This document shows positions 20,478-32,551 of a DNA stretch of 64,000 bases, piece after piece. The stretch lies in NCBI GenBank assembly GCA_965262555.1, contig OZ253543.1, positions 1,413,583-1,477,582 of the forward strand. The letters are read 5' to 3'. Each line of letters starts with the position of its first letter. Positions within the stretch are counted from its first letter, which is position 1. The notes beneath the pieces were generated by a model, which did not search any database, was not told where the DNA came from, and saw only the letters and a list, made by a program, of their open reading frames with translations. Position numbers and translations under genes: made by a program. The DNA is from Vicinamibacterales bacterium. Lineage in GTDB: Bacteria > Acidobacteriota > Vicinamibacteria > Vicinamibacterales > UBA8438.

Positions 20478-21056
20478 ATGAGCATGAATCTTTATCGACG
20501 CGCGTACTGCCATCGCGTCACCGCGGCGGCTGCCGCGATGGCGATGGCCGGTGGTGGCGTGCTCGCGGCCGGCTGCGGCTACACGCTCGCCGGGCGCGGG
20601 TCGTTCCTGCCGGACTACATCGAAACGGTCGCCATTCCGATGTTCGAAAACCGGACCGCCGTCTTCGAGGTGGAGCAACTGCTGACACAGGAGGTGCGGA
20701 CCGCGTTCATCGGCCGCGGTTCGTACCGGGTGCAGACCGAGATCGCAGGCGCCGATGCGTCGCTCATCGGCGCCATCACCCAGATCCGAATCGCCCCGGC
20801 CAGCTTCAATGCCGATCAGCAGGCGTCGCGCTATATCTTCACGGTCAGGGCGAGCATCGAGTTTCGCGACCTCACCACTGGCGAGGTGATCTGGGACAAC
20901 GAGGAACTGGAGTTCGCCGACGAGTACGACGTCGCCTCCGGCACCGGCGACGTCACCAGTCCCTCCACGTTCTTCGGCCAGCGAAACAACACCGTGGAAC
21001 GCCTCGCCTCCGAGTTCGCCACCACCGTCGTCAGCTCGATCCTCGAGGCGTTCTAG
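20478..21056 (+). CDS. lptE: LptE-like lipoprotein (LPS assembly)
   Basis: It has a lipoprotein signal ending LAAGCGY. It occupies the conserved leuS-lptE-holA position. Sequence similarity alone is weak. Confidence 0.6.
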   Translation: MSMNLYRRAYCHRVTAAAAAMAMAGGGVLAAGCGYTLAGRGSFLPDYIETVAIPMFENRTAVFEVEQLLTQEVRTAFIGRGSYRVQTEIAGADASLIGAITQIRIAPASFNADQQASRYIFTVRASIEFRDLTTGEVIWDNEELEFADEYDVASGTGDVTSPSTFFGQRNNTVERLASEFATTVVSSILEAF

Positions 21057-21062
21057 GCCGTC

Positions 21063-22046
21063 GTGCCCGACCTCACTCCGTCCGGCCTCCGTGCGCGGCT
21101 GGCGATGCAGGACCTGCCATCCGTCTGCCTGCTGCTTGGGGACGACGAGGGCGAAAAGCGCGCGCTGGTCGACGCGTTCCTCGCGACGATCGACGAACAG
21201 GTGCGCCTGTTCAATGTCGACCGCTTCGCGGGGGATGAGGCGACGGTCGCCCATTGGCTCGATGCGGCGCAGACGCTGCCGATGATGGCGGAACGCCGCC
21301 TGATCGTCGTGACGCGGGCCGAACGGCGGTTGCAGCCGGCACGGGAGAGTCAGGCGGCGGCGAAGGGACTGGAGTTGTTCGAGACGTATCTGGAGGCTCC
21401 GGCGCCGCACGCGACGCTGGTGTTGGTGGCAGGCGACCTGGATGAACGGCGCCGGATGTTCAGGCGGCTTGCCGCGTCGGCCGTCGTCGTCCGATGCGGC
21501 GACCTGGCGGATGCGGCTGACGCGCGCGCCTGGATCGAGGCGCGCGTGGCCGAGGCGGATCGGCGCGCGGATCCGGCCGCGGTGCGACTGCTGGCGGATG
21601 TCGTCGGCCCGGACGCGGGCGGCTTGCGGGGGGCGCTCGAACGGCTGATCCTGTACGCGGGTGACGCCTCCACCATCACGGCGGACGATGTGCGCACCGT
21701 CGTCGGTGCTTCGGCGTCCGGCCCGGACGACGACTGGGGGGTGGCGCGTGCGATTGAGCAGCGCGACACCGCTCGGGCGCTCCGCGAGGTAGCGCTCGCG
21801 CTCGACGCCGGTGCGGTGCCGTACATGCTGCTCGGCCAGCTCGCCTGGGTGGCGCGCAGCCGTCTCGACCTGGCGCGGACCGGTCCCGCCATCGACGCGG
21901 TCTTCCGGACCGACCGGGCGCTCAAGCAATCGGGTGGCGAGCCACGCGTGCTGCTTGAACGCCTGGTGGTGCAGTTGTGCGGGACCAGCGCGGCGAGCCG
22001 GCCATCGCGCGGCCGGTACGACGGGCGCGACCGTGCGTGGCGGTAG
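21063..22046 (+). CDS. holA: DNA polymerase III delta subunit
   Basis: Its length and position after lptE fit holA. The pattern of motifs (LLLGDDEGEKR...LIVV..AE...) is typical of HolA. Confidence 0.7.
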   Translation: MPDLTPSGLRARLAMQDLPSVCLLLGDDEGEKRALVDAFLATIDEQVRLFNVDRFAGDEATVAHWLDAAQTLPMMAERRLIVVTRAERRLQPARESQAAAKGLELFETYLEAPAPHATLVLVAGDLDERRRMFRRLAASAVVVRCGDLADAADARAWIEARVAEADRRADPAAVRLLADVVGPDAGGLRGALERLILYAGDASTITADDVRTVVGASASGPDDDWGVARAIEQRDTARALREVALALDAGAVPYMLLGQLAWVARSRLDLARTGPAIDAVFRTDRALKQSGGEPRVLLERLVVQLCGTSAASRPSRGRYDGRDRAWR

Positions 22047-22081
22047 CTAGCGCCAGGCGTCACGCCCAGCCGACAGGCAGG

Positions 22082-22504
22082 ATGCGGTCGACCGACCACG
22101 ACAGGCCAGGCGGAGGCAACACACCGAGCAAACCGGTCCGCCTCGACGTCTGGCTCGACGTCGCCTGCCTGTTCCGGACCCGGTCGGAAGCGCAGCGCGC
22201 GGTGAAGGGTGGCAAGGTCTCCGTCAACGGAGCCCGCGCGAAGCCCAACCGGGAGGTACGTCCGGGAGACGAGCTTCGCATCACGCGGCCGCACGGCATC
22301 ACGCAGGTGGTCGCCGTCATCGCGCCGGCCGACCGCCACATCCCCAAGCACGAGGCGCGAGCGCTGTACGACGACCGCACCCCTCCGCCGTCCCAGGAGG
22401 CACTCGATATGCGCCGCTTCGAACGCCGCGTCGCACGGGCGAACGCCTCACACCGGCCGGACAAGCGGCAACGCCGACAACTCCGCTCGCTGAAGGGTCG
22501 CTGA
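22082..22504 (+). CDS. S4-domain RNA-binding protein (Hsp15/HslR-like)
   Basis: The S4 motif is VRLDVWLDVACLFRTRSEAQRAVKGGKVSVNGARAKPNREVRPGDELRI. I chose the ATG at 22082 inside ORF 21977..22504 to avoid overlapping holA. Confidence 0.7.
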   Translation: MRSTDHDRPGGGNTPSKPVRLDVWLDVACLFRTRSEAQRAVKGGKVSVNGARAKPNREVRPGDELRITRPHGITQVVAVIAPADRHIPKHEARALYDDRTPPPSQEALDMRRFERRVARANASHRPDKRQRRQLRSLKGR

Positions 22505-22534
22505 CGTGCGGCAGGCCGCGTCCAGGATGCGTCG

Positions 22535-23668
22535 TCAGCGTTCGACGAACGGCCGGGGCACCAGCAGCGCCGGATCCGCATCGGTCTTCGGGACCAGCTT
22601 TTGTGTCCGCCCGTGCTGGTTGTCCGCGCCGTACAGGTTGCCGTCGGCATCGACCGAGAAGGCGTGCATCTCGAGGAAACCGGTCGGGCCCTCGTTCGAC
22701 ATGTGCCACGTATACAGCCAGTTGCCGTCGAAATCGAGTTTCACCATCTTGAGCGGCCGCAGGTCCGTGACCCACACGTGCTCGTCGCTGACGATGAGAT
22801 CGAGCGGCAGGCCGAAACCGGACCACGTGGCAAGGTGGTCGACTTCCGGGTGATAGTCGCCTGAGGCCGCGTTCGAGATGCGGAACTTCTGGACGCGGCC
22901 GTTGCTGCGGTCGAGGGCGAAGACCAGGCCGTCGGGACCGACGGCGAGGGCATGGATCCCGTTGAACTGGCCTGGCCCGGTGCCGAACTCACCGAACGCC
23001 GTCAGATAACGCCCCTCGCTGTCCAGGATGACGATCCGGTGATTGTCGAGCCCGTCCGCCACGAGCACACGCCCGTCGGGCAGGAACGTCACGTCCTGCG
23101 GCCGGCCGAAGTGGGTGTCGTCGCTGCCGCCAACGTTCTTCTCGCCAAGCGTCATGAGCAATTCGCTGCCGTCGTTCGACAGCACGAAGATCTGGTGGCG
23201 GGTCTCGTTGATCACCCACACGCGACGCTCCGGGTCGTACGGACTGATCCGGACGCGGTGCGGTCCGGGTCCATCCGAATCGGCACACAGGTGATCCCAC
23301 TGCTCCCACACCTCGACCAGGTTGCCGTCGCTGTCGACCACCATCAGACAGTTCTGCCACGTGCGGCGCTCGGTGTCGCGCAGTGCGTTGATCCCGATGG
23401 ATCCGGCGAAGCCGGCGAACTCGGGAGGCACCGGGTCAGGCAGGCGCGTTTCACCCCGCTGTGAGATGAAGATGCGGTCCGGCGACTCGACAAAGACGCC
23501 CGAGTTGCCGCCGAAGGCAAAACCCTCCGCTGCAAACGGCGTCTGCCAGCCCTCGACCACCTCGTACGGGCTGGGTCCGACCGGGCCAGATTCCTGGGCG
23601 GCGGCCATCCCCGTGAAGAGCCCCACGAGCAGGACTGGCGTGATTGACGTGCGGTACCGCGTGATCAT
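22535..23668 (-). CDS. Secreted NHL-repeat six-bladed beta-propeller protein
   Basis: It has a signal peptide (MITRYRTSITPVLLVGLFTGMAAAQE). It also has repeated 'hydrophobic-DxxGxxhVxD/E' blades (VVDSDGNLVEVW, VLSNDGSELL, VLVADGLDNHRIVILD, VFALDRSNGRVQKF, VWVTDL, LYGADNQHGRTQKL). Confidence 0.75.
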   Translation of the reverse strand: MITRYRTSITPVLLVGLFTGMAAAQESGPVGPSPYEVVEGWQTPFAAEGFAFGGNSGVFVESPDRIFISQRGETRLPDPVPPEFAGFAGSIGINALRDTERRTWQNCLMVVDSDGNLVEVWEQWDHLCADSDGPGPHRVRISPYDPERRVWVINETRHQIFVLSNDGSELLMTLGEKNVGGSDDTHFGRPQDVTFLPDGRVLVADGLDNHRIVILDSEGRYLTAFGEFGTGPGQFNGIHALAVGPDGLVFALDRSNGRVQKFRISNAASGDYHPEVDHLATWSGFGLPLDLIVSDEHVWVTDLRPLKMVKLDFDGNWLYTWHMSNEGPTGFLEMHAFSVDADGNLYGADNQHGRTQKLVPKTDADPALLVPRPFVER

Positions 23669-23863
23669 GGAGCCTCCACAGCCTGGTCTCGCTCGGAAAC
23701 GCCGGCGTCTGGGCGCCCCGGACCGTCCCCAGTGGCGCACGCCGCACGATGCCGGCGAGTATACACAATGGATCCGGCGGCTCGAATGAGTGGCAGGACC
23801 GAGCGGGCAGCGTCCCTTCTCTTACGCCGGGCGAGCATATAATCTATCGCGAGGAGACACGGT

Positions 23864-24334
23864 ATGAGACGGATAGTGTTGGGCGTCGCGATCGTACTGG
23901 CGGGAACCGCGTCCGGGTGGACACCGGCCGATGCGCAGGAAACGGCGAGCGGTGCGGCCATCGACGTATACAAGACGCCGACGTGCGGCTGCTGCGTCAT
24001 CTGGGTTGAACATCTGCGGGAACATGGATTCACGGTGACGGTGACCGACGTGCCAAACGTCACGCCGCTCAAGCAGCGGCTCGGGATCCGGCCGGAGCTG
24101 TCGTCCTGCCACACGGCGATCGTGGGTGACTACGCGATCGAGGGACATGTGCCGGCATCCGACATCGAACGACTGTTACGCGAAGGACCGCGCGTGGCGG
24201 GACTCGCCGTGCCTGGAATGCCGCTCGGCTCACCCGGGATGGAGATGCCGGACCCGTCGCGTCACCAGCGGTATGACGTCCTTGCGTTCGACCTCGAAGG
24301 AACAACCGAAGTCTGGGCGACGCACGGCCCGTAG
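23864..24334 (+). CDS. DUF411-family metal-binding (CopG-like) periplasmic protein
   Basis: It has a signal peptide and the motifs YKTPTCGCCVIWVEHL and SCHTAIVGDYAIEGHVPASDIERLL. A GAGGAG RBS lies upstream. Confidence 0.75.
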   Translation: MRRIVLGVAIVLAGTASGWTPADAQETASGAAIDVYKTPTCGCCVIWVEHLREHGFTVTVTDVPNVTPLKQRLGIRPELSSCHTAIVGDYAIEGHVPASDIERLLREGPRVAGLAVPGMPLGSPGMEMPDPSRHQRYDVLAFDLEGTTEVWATHGP

Positions 24335-24370
24335 CCGGACCGCCCCGCGAACCTGTATACTGACGCGTTT

Positions 24371-24646
24371 ATGGCCAATCACAAGTCAGCCGTCAAGGCC
24401 CATCAGAAGAGCCTGGAGCGGCAGATGCGCAACAGCCGGCTCAAGAGCCGCATGCGCCGAGCGATCCGGGCGACGCGCACCGCAATCGATGCGGGTGGCG
24501 ACGCGACTGCCGCGCGCGATGCGTACCGATCGACCGCGGCGCTGCTCGACACCCTGGCCGGCAAGGGTGTCATTCACCGCAACACCGCGGCCCGCCACAA
24601 GTCGCGCCTGACCGGTCACCTGCAGCAGACGACCGCGGCGAAGTAG
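24371..24646 (+). CDS. rpsT: 30S ribosomal protein S20
   Basis: The translation is MANHKSAVKAHQKSLERQMRNSRLKSRMR...GVIHRNTAARHKSRL. Confidence 0.95.
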   Translation: MANHKSAVKAHQKSLERQMRNSRLKSRMRRAIRATRTAIDAGGDATAARDAYRSTAALLDTLAGKGVIHRNTAARHKSRLTGHLQQTTAAK

Positions 24647-24844
24647 TCGTCGCGCGACGACGCCAGCTTCACGACGGCTCGATGCGCCATGCCCGGCGGG
24701 CGCGGCGACGGTCTGGCTGGAGCCATCAGGCCGCCACGATGTCGCCGTAGAAGGGCGAAGCGCGCGGCTCTCTTCCTCCTCCAGCTCCTGCACGAACTTG
24801 AGCAACTCCTCGAAGGTCTGCTCGATCGTCACGCGCAGCCGCCC

Positions 24845-25243
24845 CTACTCCGTCGCCGGCATCAGGCTCAACCGGCCGGGCCAGTCCAGTATCCGCCGGT
24901 CGGCGGTCACCAGGCGGTGGCCCTCCAGCGCTGTGGCGACGATGAGGCGGTCGGCAGGGTCGCCGGTCAGGTCCGGCAGCAGGCCCGCGCGGACAGCGAT
25001 CCCGCCATCAACGGGTATTTCAATCAACCCCTGATCGAGCATGTCGCGGCGCCAGGCGTCCAGGTCGAAGCGGAGATCGAGCTGCCCCTTCCGGACTCGC
25101 ATGCCGACTTCCCAGAAGGAAATCGCGGAAACGGCAGCCTGGTTCTCCTGTTGCGCGCGTTCGATCTCGACGCGGGCCCGTGGTCCCAATCTCGAGTCGC
25201 CGAACCGCAGCCAGACAAGAACGTGCGTGTCCAGCAGTATCAG
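24845..25243 (-). CDS. vapC: PIN-domain toxin VapC
   Basis: All four acidic PIN positions are visible in this frame (LILLDTHV, SFWEV, DPADRLIVATA, LVTADRRI). The frame has no ATG/GTG/TTG upstream of the first Asp. The only candidate start is the CTG at 25243, which overlaps the antitoxin stop (CTGA). The tracked ORF 24845..25189 would lack the first catalytic Asp. Confidence 0.7.
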   Translation of the reverse strand: MILLDTHVLVWLRFGDSRLGPRARVEIERAQQENQAAVSAISFWEVGMRVRKGQLDLRFDLDAWRRDMLDQGLIEIPVDGGIAVRAGLLPDLTGDPADRLIVATALEGHRLVTADRRILDWPGRLSLMPATE

Positions 25244-25521
25244 AACAGATCCTCCCCGGAATCGCCGCCGTCATCGAACCATTCCGCGGGCATCGGCGAG
25301 ACGATGTCACCCAGGATTCGAATTCTGTCGCGGTCGCGGCCGAAGAACGTCTTCGGCGTCGTGCGATACGGCGCGAGCCGCGACACCGGCCGGCCGTTCT
25401 TGGTGATGACAATCTCCTCGCCGCTCTCCGCCACCTCGTCCATGAGCCTGAGGCACCTGGCCTTGAACTCCGACGCCTTGATGGTGCGGGCTCCTGTTGC
25501 TGCATCGCGGTCGATTGGCAT
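25240..25521 (-). CDS. Phd/YefM-type antitoxin (VapB partner)
   Basis: The translation is RTIKASEFKARCLRLMDEVAESGEEIVITKNGRPVSRLAPY. It lies immediately upstream of the PIN toxin and overlaps it. Confidence 0.8.
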   Translation of the reverse strand: MPIDRDAATGARTIKASEFKARCLRLMDEVAESGEEIVITKNGRPVSRLAPYRTTPKTFFGRDRDRIRILGDIVSPMPAEWFDDGGDSGEDLF

Positions 25522-25559
25522 GGCCGCCTCCCTGTCAGCGGTCGTATGACCACTATCCT

Positions 25560-26470
25560 AGCATGGTCATGACCATGGTCACTTTGACCGACGCCCGCCG
25601 CCAACCCAGGATGACGATGAAGGCGCATGCACGCGACGTCCTGCGTGTATTCGGCCAGCCGCCGCCGGTGGCTCGCGCGGTTCTTGGTGCACACGAGAGT
25701 GAACGGCCTGCCACGGCGCTCGGTCACGTGATTGATGTCAAGCCGCTGGCTGTAATCTTCGACCTCCCCCATCTCCACGGCATCGTCGTCCGGTTCATAC
25801 CAGCCCCAGCCGCCACCGGTGACCGTGTATTCGGCCGAGCCCCATTCATCGAGATGCAGGATCGCCGCGTGCAACGCGCACTCGGCCCGCTCCCCTGCCG
25901 CCGCGAGAATGCGCGCCAGCGCGGCGTCCCGATTCTTGAGCGCGTCGAAAGACAGACCCGCCTCGCTGTACTCGTGTTCCAGCACCCAGGCGAGCTTCTC
26001 GGCCGCATCCGGTGCACGCCCCCACTCGGCCAGCCGCGTCGCCAGGCGGTCGACCTCCCGGGAGTAGTCGGGGGCCGTGCGGGGCGTATCCGTGTCGCCC
26101 GCGCCGAGACACAGATTGAACACGAGCGACAGTCTATGCCCCTCCGTGACCGGCGTGACCTCATGCTCGCAGTCGGCGTAGAACGCGGCGAACGCCAACT
26201 CGGACGGTTCGCTGGCGGTCATGTCGATTATGCGTTCGCGTTCATGGTGGCGAACGACAAGCTGCCCCCCGGCGCCGGCGGTCGGGAGCGAGATCGACAG
26301 CGTGGCGATCATGCCGCCGGCCTTCTCGGTGTCGCGGTGGGGCGCAAAGAAACCGCCCGGTTCGTAGACCAGCAGCTTGTAGAGCTGCGCGTCGAGCCGG
26401 TCCGCGGGGCAACCGAGGCCGTCCGCCGCGGCGCCCAGAATTCCGGCGAACGCGGGTGCTCTGGCCCTGG
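25560..26470 (-). pseudogene. 2OG-Fe(II) oxygenase-like gene remnant (both ends appear lost)
   Basis: The HxD...H core is clear (YKLLVYEPGGFFAPHRDTEK...GGQLVV...CEHEVTPVTEGHRLSLVFNL). However, only about 30 codons precede it before the frame runs into the alaS 3' end. At the other end the open frame continues out of frame through the phd/vapC genes. My boundaries are approximate. Confidence 0.45.
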
Positions 26471-26472
26471 TG

Positions 26473-29216
<2,744 letters not shown>

Positions 29217-29220
<4 letters not shown>

Positions 29221-29678
29221 CGATTCAATTGTGACATACGGGTGCGGAGCGCCGTGATGGCGGCGTCGCTGTCGAAGCCCTGGCGGATCAGGTAGCGGCA
29301 GAGCTGCTCGAAGTGGGCCCGGTCGCGGACCGGTCCGCGTAGCCGCCGGTCGAGTGCGCGCTCGAGCACGGTGTCGACCCCCGCGTCGGCGTACGCTTCC
29401 GCGACCGCGGCGCGTGCCACCGCCGGCGCGATGCCCGCCGCCTCGATCTGCTGCTGGGCTCGACGTGGCCCGCGATGTGAGACGTCCGCGGCGCGGCGCG
29501 CGATCATGGCCGCCGTCCGCCGATCGTCCACGGCGCGCTCCTGACGGAGCCGCGCCACTGCCGTCTCCGCCTCGTCCGGCGTGTACGCCTTTCTGAGCAA
29601 CCGTTCATGCAGTTGCGCCGCGGAAAGCTCGCGCCGCGCCAGCATCGCTAGCGCCGCGGCGTACGCGGAAGCGGTCAC
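29217..29678 (-). CDS. recX: RecA regulator RecX
   Basis: The helical repeats (AYAAALAMLARRELSAAQLHERLLRKAYTPDEAETAVARL...) are typical of RecX. I chose a GTG at 29678 because the longer ORF to 29765 would overlap ilvE. There is an ATGA overlap with alaS. Confidence 0.7.
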
Positions 29679-29689
29679 GGCCCTCGCCG

Positions 29690-30664
29690 TCAGGAGCGGT
29701 TCGCGTCGGCCGCGGCTCCCGCGGCGGCCGGCTGCACCGCGTCGTCGTAGACGAACGTGAGCCAATGATGGGTGTCGGGAACCTGGCCGTTGATGACGTC
29801 GAAGAAGCGCTGCTGAATCACCGCGGTGATCGGACCGCGCGTGCCGGCGCCGATCGTGATCCTGTCGATCGATCGGATCGGCGTGATCTCGGCGGCGGTG
29901 CCAGTGAAGAAGACCTCGTCGGCGATGTAGAGCATCTCGCGGGGGAGCGTCGCGAAGCGCACGTCGTACCCGAGGTCGGCGGCCAGGGTGATCACAACGT
30001 CCCGCGTGATCCCCGGCAAGATGGAATCGGCCAGCGGCGGCGTCGTGATGATGTTGTCCCGGACGATGAAGATGTTCTGGCCGCTCCCCTCGCTGACGAA
30101 GCCGCGCGGGTCAAGGGCGATCCCCTCCGCGTAGCCGTGCAGGGTCGCCTCCATCTTGATCAGTTGGGCGTTCGCGTAGTTGGCGGTCCCCTTCGCGATC
30201 GACGGGAACCGGTTCGGCGCGCCGCGGCCCCAGGAGCTGACCTGGACATCGACACCGTGCTCGAGTGCCTCCTCGCCCAGGTAGGCGCCCCATTCCCAGA
30301 CCAGGATGGCCGCCTCGACCGGGCAATTGAACGGGTTGACACCGAGGGTGTCGTAGCCCCGGTACATCAGCGGCCGGATGTAGCAGGCCCGATAGTGATT
30401 GGCGCGGATGGTGTCGAGCACCGCCGCAGAGAACTCCGCCGGACTCACCGCATAGTCCATCCGGTAGATCGTCGCCGAGTCGTAGAAGCGCCGGATGTGC
30501 GCGTCGAGGCGGAAGACGGCCGCGCCGGCCGGTGTGTCGTAGCAGCGGGCTCCTTCGAAGACGCCGCTGGCGTAATGGATGACGTGCGATCCGATGTGGA
30601 TCTTCGCATCGTCCCAGTCAACGAGCGTGCCGTTCATCCAGATGCGGCCGGTACCGAAACTCAT
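29690..30664 (-). CDS. ilvE: Branched-chain amino acid aminotransferase
   Basis: The match rests on IWMNGTLVDWDDAKIHIGSHVIHYASGVFEGARCY...GYAEGIALD..GFVSEGSGQNIFIV...PGITRD. Confidence 0.9.
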   Translation of the reverse strand: MSFGTGRIWMNGTLVDWDDAKIHIGSHVIHYASGVFEGARCYDTPAGAAVFRLDAHIRRFYDSATIYRMDYAVSPAEFSAAVLDTIRANHYRACYIRPLMYRGYDTLGVNPFNCPVEAAILVWEWGAYLGEEALEHGVDVQVSSWGRGAPNRFPSIAKGTANYANAQLIKMEATLHGYAEGIALDPRGFVSEGSGQNIFIVRDNIITTPPLADSILPGITRDVVITLAADLGYDVRFATLPREMLYIADEVFFTGTAAEITPIRSIDRITIGAGTRGPITAVIQQRFFDVINGQVPDTHHWLTFVYDDAVQPAAAGAAADANRS

Positions 30665-30722
30665 CGTGATTTCAGTCTACGGTCGGCCGCAGCCGCTGGC
30701 AAGCGGACGCGGCGGCCGATGC

Positions 30723-31730
30723 CTACGCCGACTCGCCGCAGAACGGACAGCGGGCTGGCCGCGCGGGCAGCGGCTTGTGGCAACTGGGACAGAACCGCCG
30801 CTCGCCCGGTGTCGGCCCCTGGACGCGGCGGGGGAGGACGACGATGCCCGCGTCCGGACGCGCGGTGGACCGGGGGGCGGCACCGTCGCCGCCCGGGACC
30901 GGCGCCGGCGCGCCGGTTGCGGTGGTGGCGCCCGGCGAGGTGGCCAGTTCCAGGTCGCGCAGCATCTCCGTAGCCCGCTGGTAGCGCCGCGAGAGGCTGG
31001 GCGCGAGCGCGCGCATCACGATGTCGTTCAGTGTTGTCGGCACGGCCGGGTTTTGCAGCCGCGGCGGTCGGACCAGCTCGCCCGTCAGCAGCCGATCCAG
31101 GTCGCTTGGCGCCGGCGGCTCGTATGGCAGCACACCGGTCAGCATCTGGTACATCGTGACGCCGAGGGAGTAGAGGTCCGAGGCAAAGACCGCCTTGCCG
31201 GTGAACTGTTCCGGCGCCATGTAGGGCGGGCTGCCGATCACGGTGTTGCCGTGCGCGGCGATTTCAAGGAAGCGGGAGGTGCCGAAGTCGGCAACCTTCA
31301 GTGCTCCGCGCTCCGGCACCAGGATGTTGGGTGGCCGCAGGTCGCGGTGAATCACCCCCTGATCGTGTGCATGGGCGAGGGCGCGCGCGATCTGCATCGC
31401 GTAGTCGGCGGCCCGGTCCGGCGCGAGGCCTCCCGTTTCGGCGATGATTGTCTCGAGCGTCTCGCCAGAGACGTACTCCATCACGATGAAGAAGACGTTG
31501 TCCTGCTTCTCCGCCGTCGTGATCGAGACGATGTTCGGATGATCGAGCGTAGCGAGGAGGCGCGGTTCCTGCAACAGGTCCGTGAAGTTGAGCTGCTGCT
31601 TGTGCGGCACCTTGATCGCGACGTCCTTGTCGATCCAGGTGTCGCGGGCGAGATAGACGGCACCGAATCCCCCGCTGCCGAGCGGGGCGACCACCTTGTA
31701 CTTACCGAGTGTCTGGCCCCGGAACAGCAT
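30723..31730 (-). CDS. Ser/Thr protein kinase with C-terminal zinc-ribbon
   Basis: The catalytic motifs are intact (GSGGFGAVY, VAIKV, HRDLRPPNILV, DFGTS, APE). The C-terminus is CPSCHKPLPARPARCPFCG. Confidence 0.85.
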   Translation of the reverse strand: MLFRGQTLGKYKVVAPLGSGGFGAVYLARDTWIDKDVAIKVPHKQQLNFTDLLQEPRLLATLDHPNIVSITTAEKQDNVFFIVMEYVSGETLETIIAETGGLAPDRAADYAMQIARALAHAHDQGVIHRDLRPPNILVPERGALKVADFGTSRFLEIAAHGNTVIGSPPYMAPEQFTGKAVFASDLYSLGVTMYQMLTGVLPYEPPAPSDLDRLLTGELVRPPRLQNPAVPTTLNDIVMRALAPSLSRRYQRATEMLRDLELATSPGATTATGAPAPVPGGDGAAPRSTARPDAGIVVLPRRVQGPTPGERRFCPSCHKPLPARPARCPFCGESA

Positions 31731-31775
31731 GCGGTCCGCAAAGTATAGCGCCGCGCGTGATGCAGGCCGGGGCGA

Positions 31776-32551
31776 TCAGAGATCGTTCCAGGCGGATCGG
31801 AGTATGGACAACGCCACGATCGGCACCAGGTCGGCACGCAACGTGCGCCGGCCGAGCGTCAGCGGGCGGAAGCCGGACGCGGCGGCGCGGGACACCTCGT
31901 CCGTGGTCCAGCCCCCTCGGGACCGATCACCACGACGGCGCGCGTCGGCGGCTGATCCGCACGGACCGATGCGAGCAGGGGAACATCCGGCGGCGTGATG
32001 TCCGTGGTCTCCGCGGCGGACGGCTCCAGCAGGATGATCCGAAGGACGCCGTCCGCCGCCGGTGTCTCGCGGAGGTACGCCTCGTAGACGGTCGGTGCCC
32101 GGACCTGCGGCACGACGGCGCGCCCGCACTGCTTGGCGCTGCCGATCGCGATACCGCGCCAGCGCTCGGTCAGGTGGCGGCCGCCGCCTGCGCCCGGCTC
32201 CACGCCGGCGCGCTGGCTCACCAGCGGGACGATCGCCGCGACGCCAAGCGCCGTCGCGTCGCGGACGACATCGTCCAGCTTTCGCCCCTTCAGCAGGGTG
32301 ACGGCGAGCGTCACCGGGACGCGCGACTCCGGCACCGCCGCCACCCGCGCGCCGACACGGACGATGACGCCGCGCGGATCGTCCTGCTCCACGGTCGCGT
32401 CATGCTCGCGTCCAGCGCCGTCGAAGATCCGGATCGCCGCGCCGGCACGCAGGCGCAGCACGCGTGCGAGGTGGCGTCCCTCGTCTGGCGGGAGGGGAAG
32501 GGCGTTCCCTTCGGCCGGGATGTGGGGCGCGTAGAAGCGGCGGACGCTCAT
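31776..32551 (-). pseudogene. rsmE: 16S rRNA (uracil1498-N3)-methyltransferase RsmE, interrupted by a 1-nt frameshift in this sequence
   Basis: The N-terminal 210 codons (MSVRRFYAP...VVVIGPEG) are in one frame. The canonical C-terminus (GGWTTDEVSRAAASGFRPLTLGRRTLRADLVPIVALSIL) is in another. The switch occurs at the C5 run at 31912-31916 (plus strand). Confidence 0.8.

Noticed and set aside
24647-24660. The palindrome TCGTCGCGCGACGA right after the rpsT stop, a possible terminator.
   Set aside because: The stem is only about 5 bp with a 4-nt loop and no U-tract, so it is not convincing as an intrinsic terminator.
24386-24832. A minus-strand ORF whose first roughly 25 residues (TIEQTFEELLKFVQELEEEE) look like real protein.
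   Set aside because: The rest is antisense to rpsT and compositionally non-coding. At most it is a short N-terminal gene stub. I mention it only as context for the islet.
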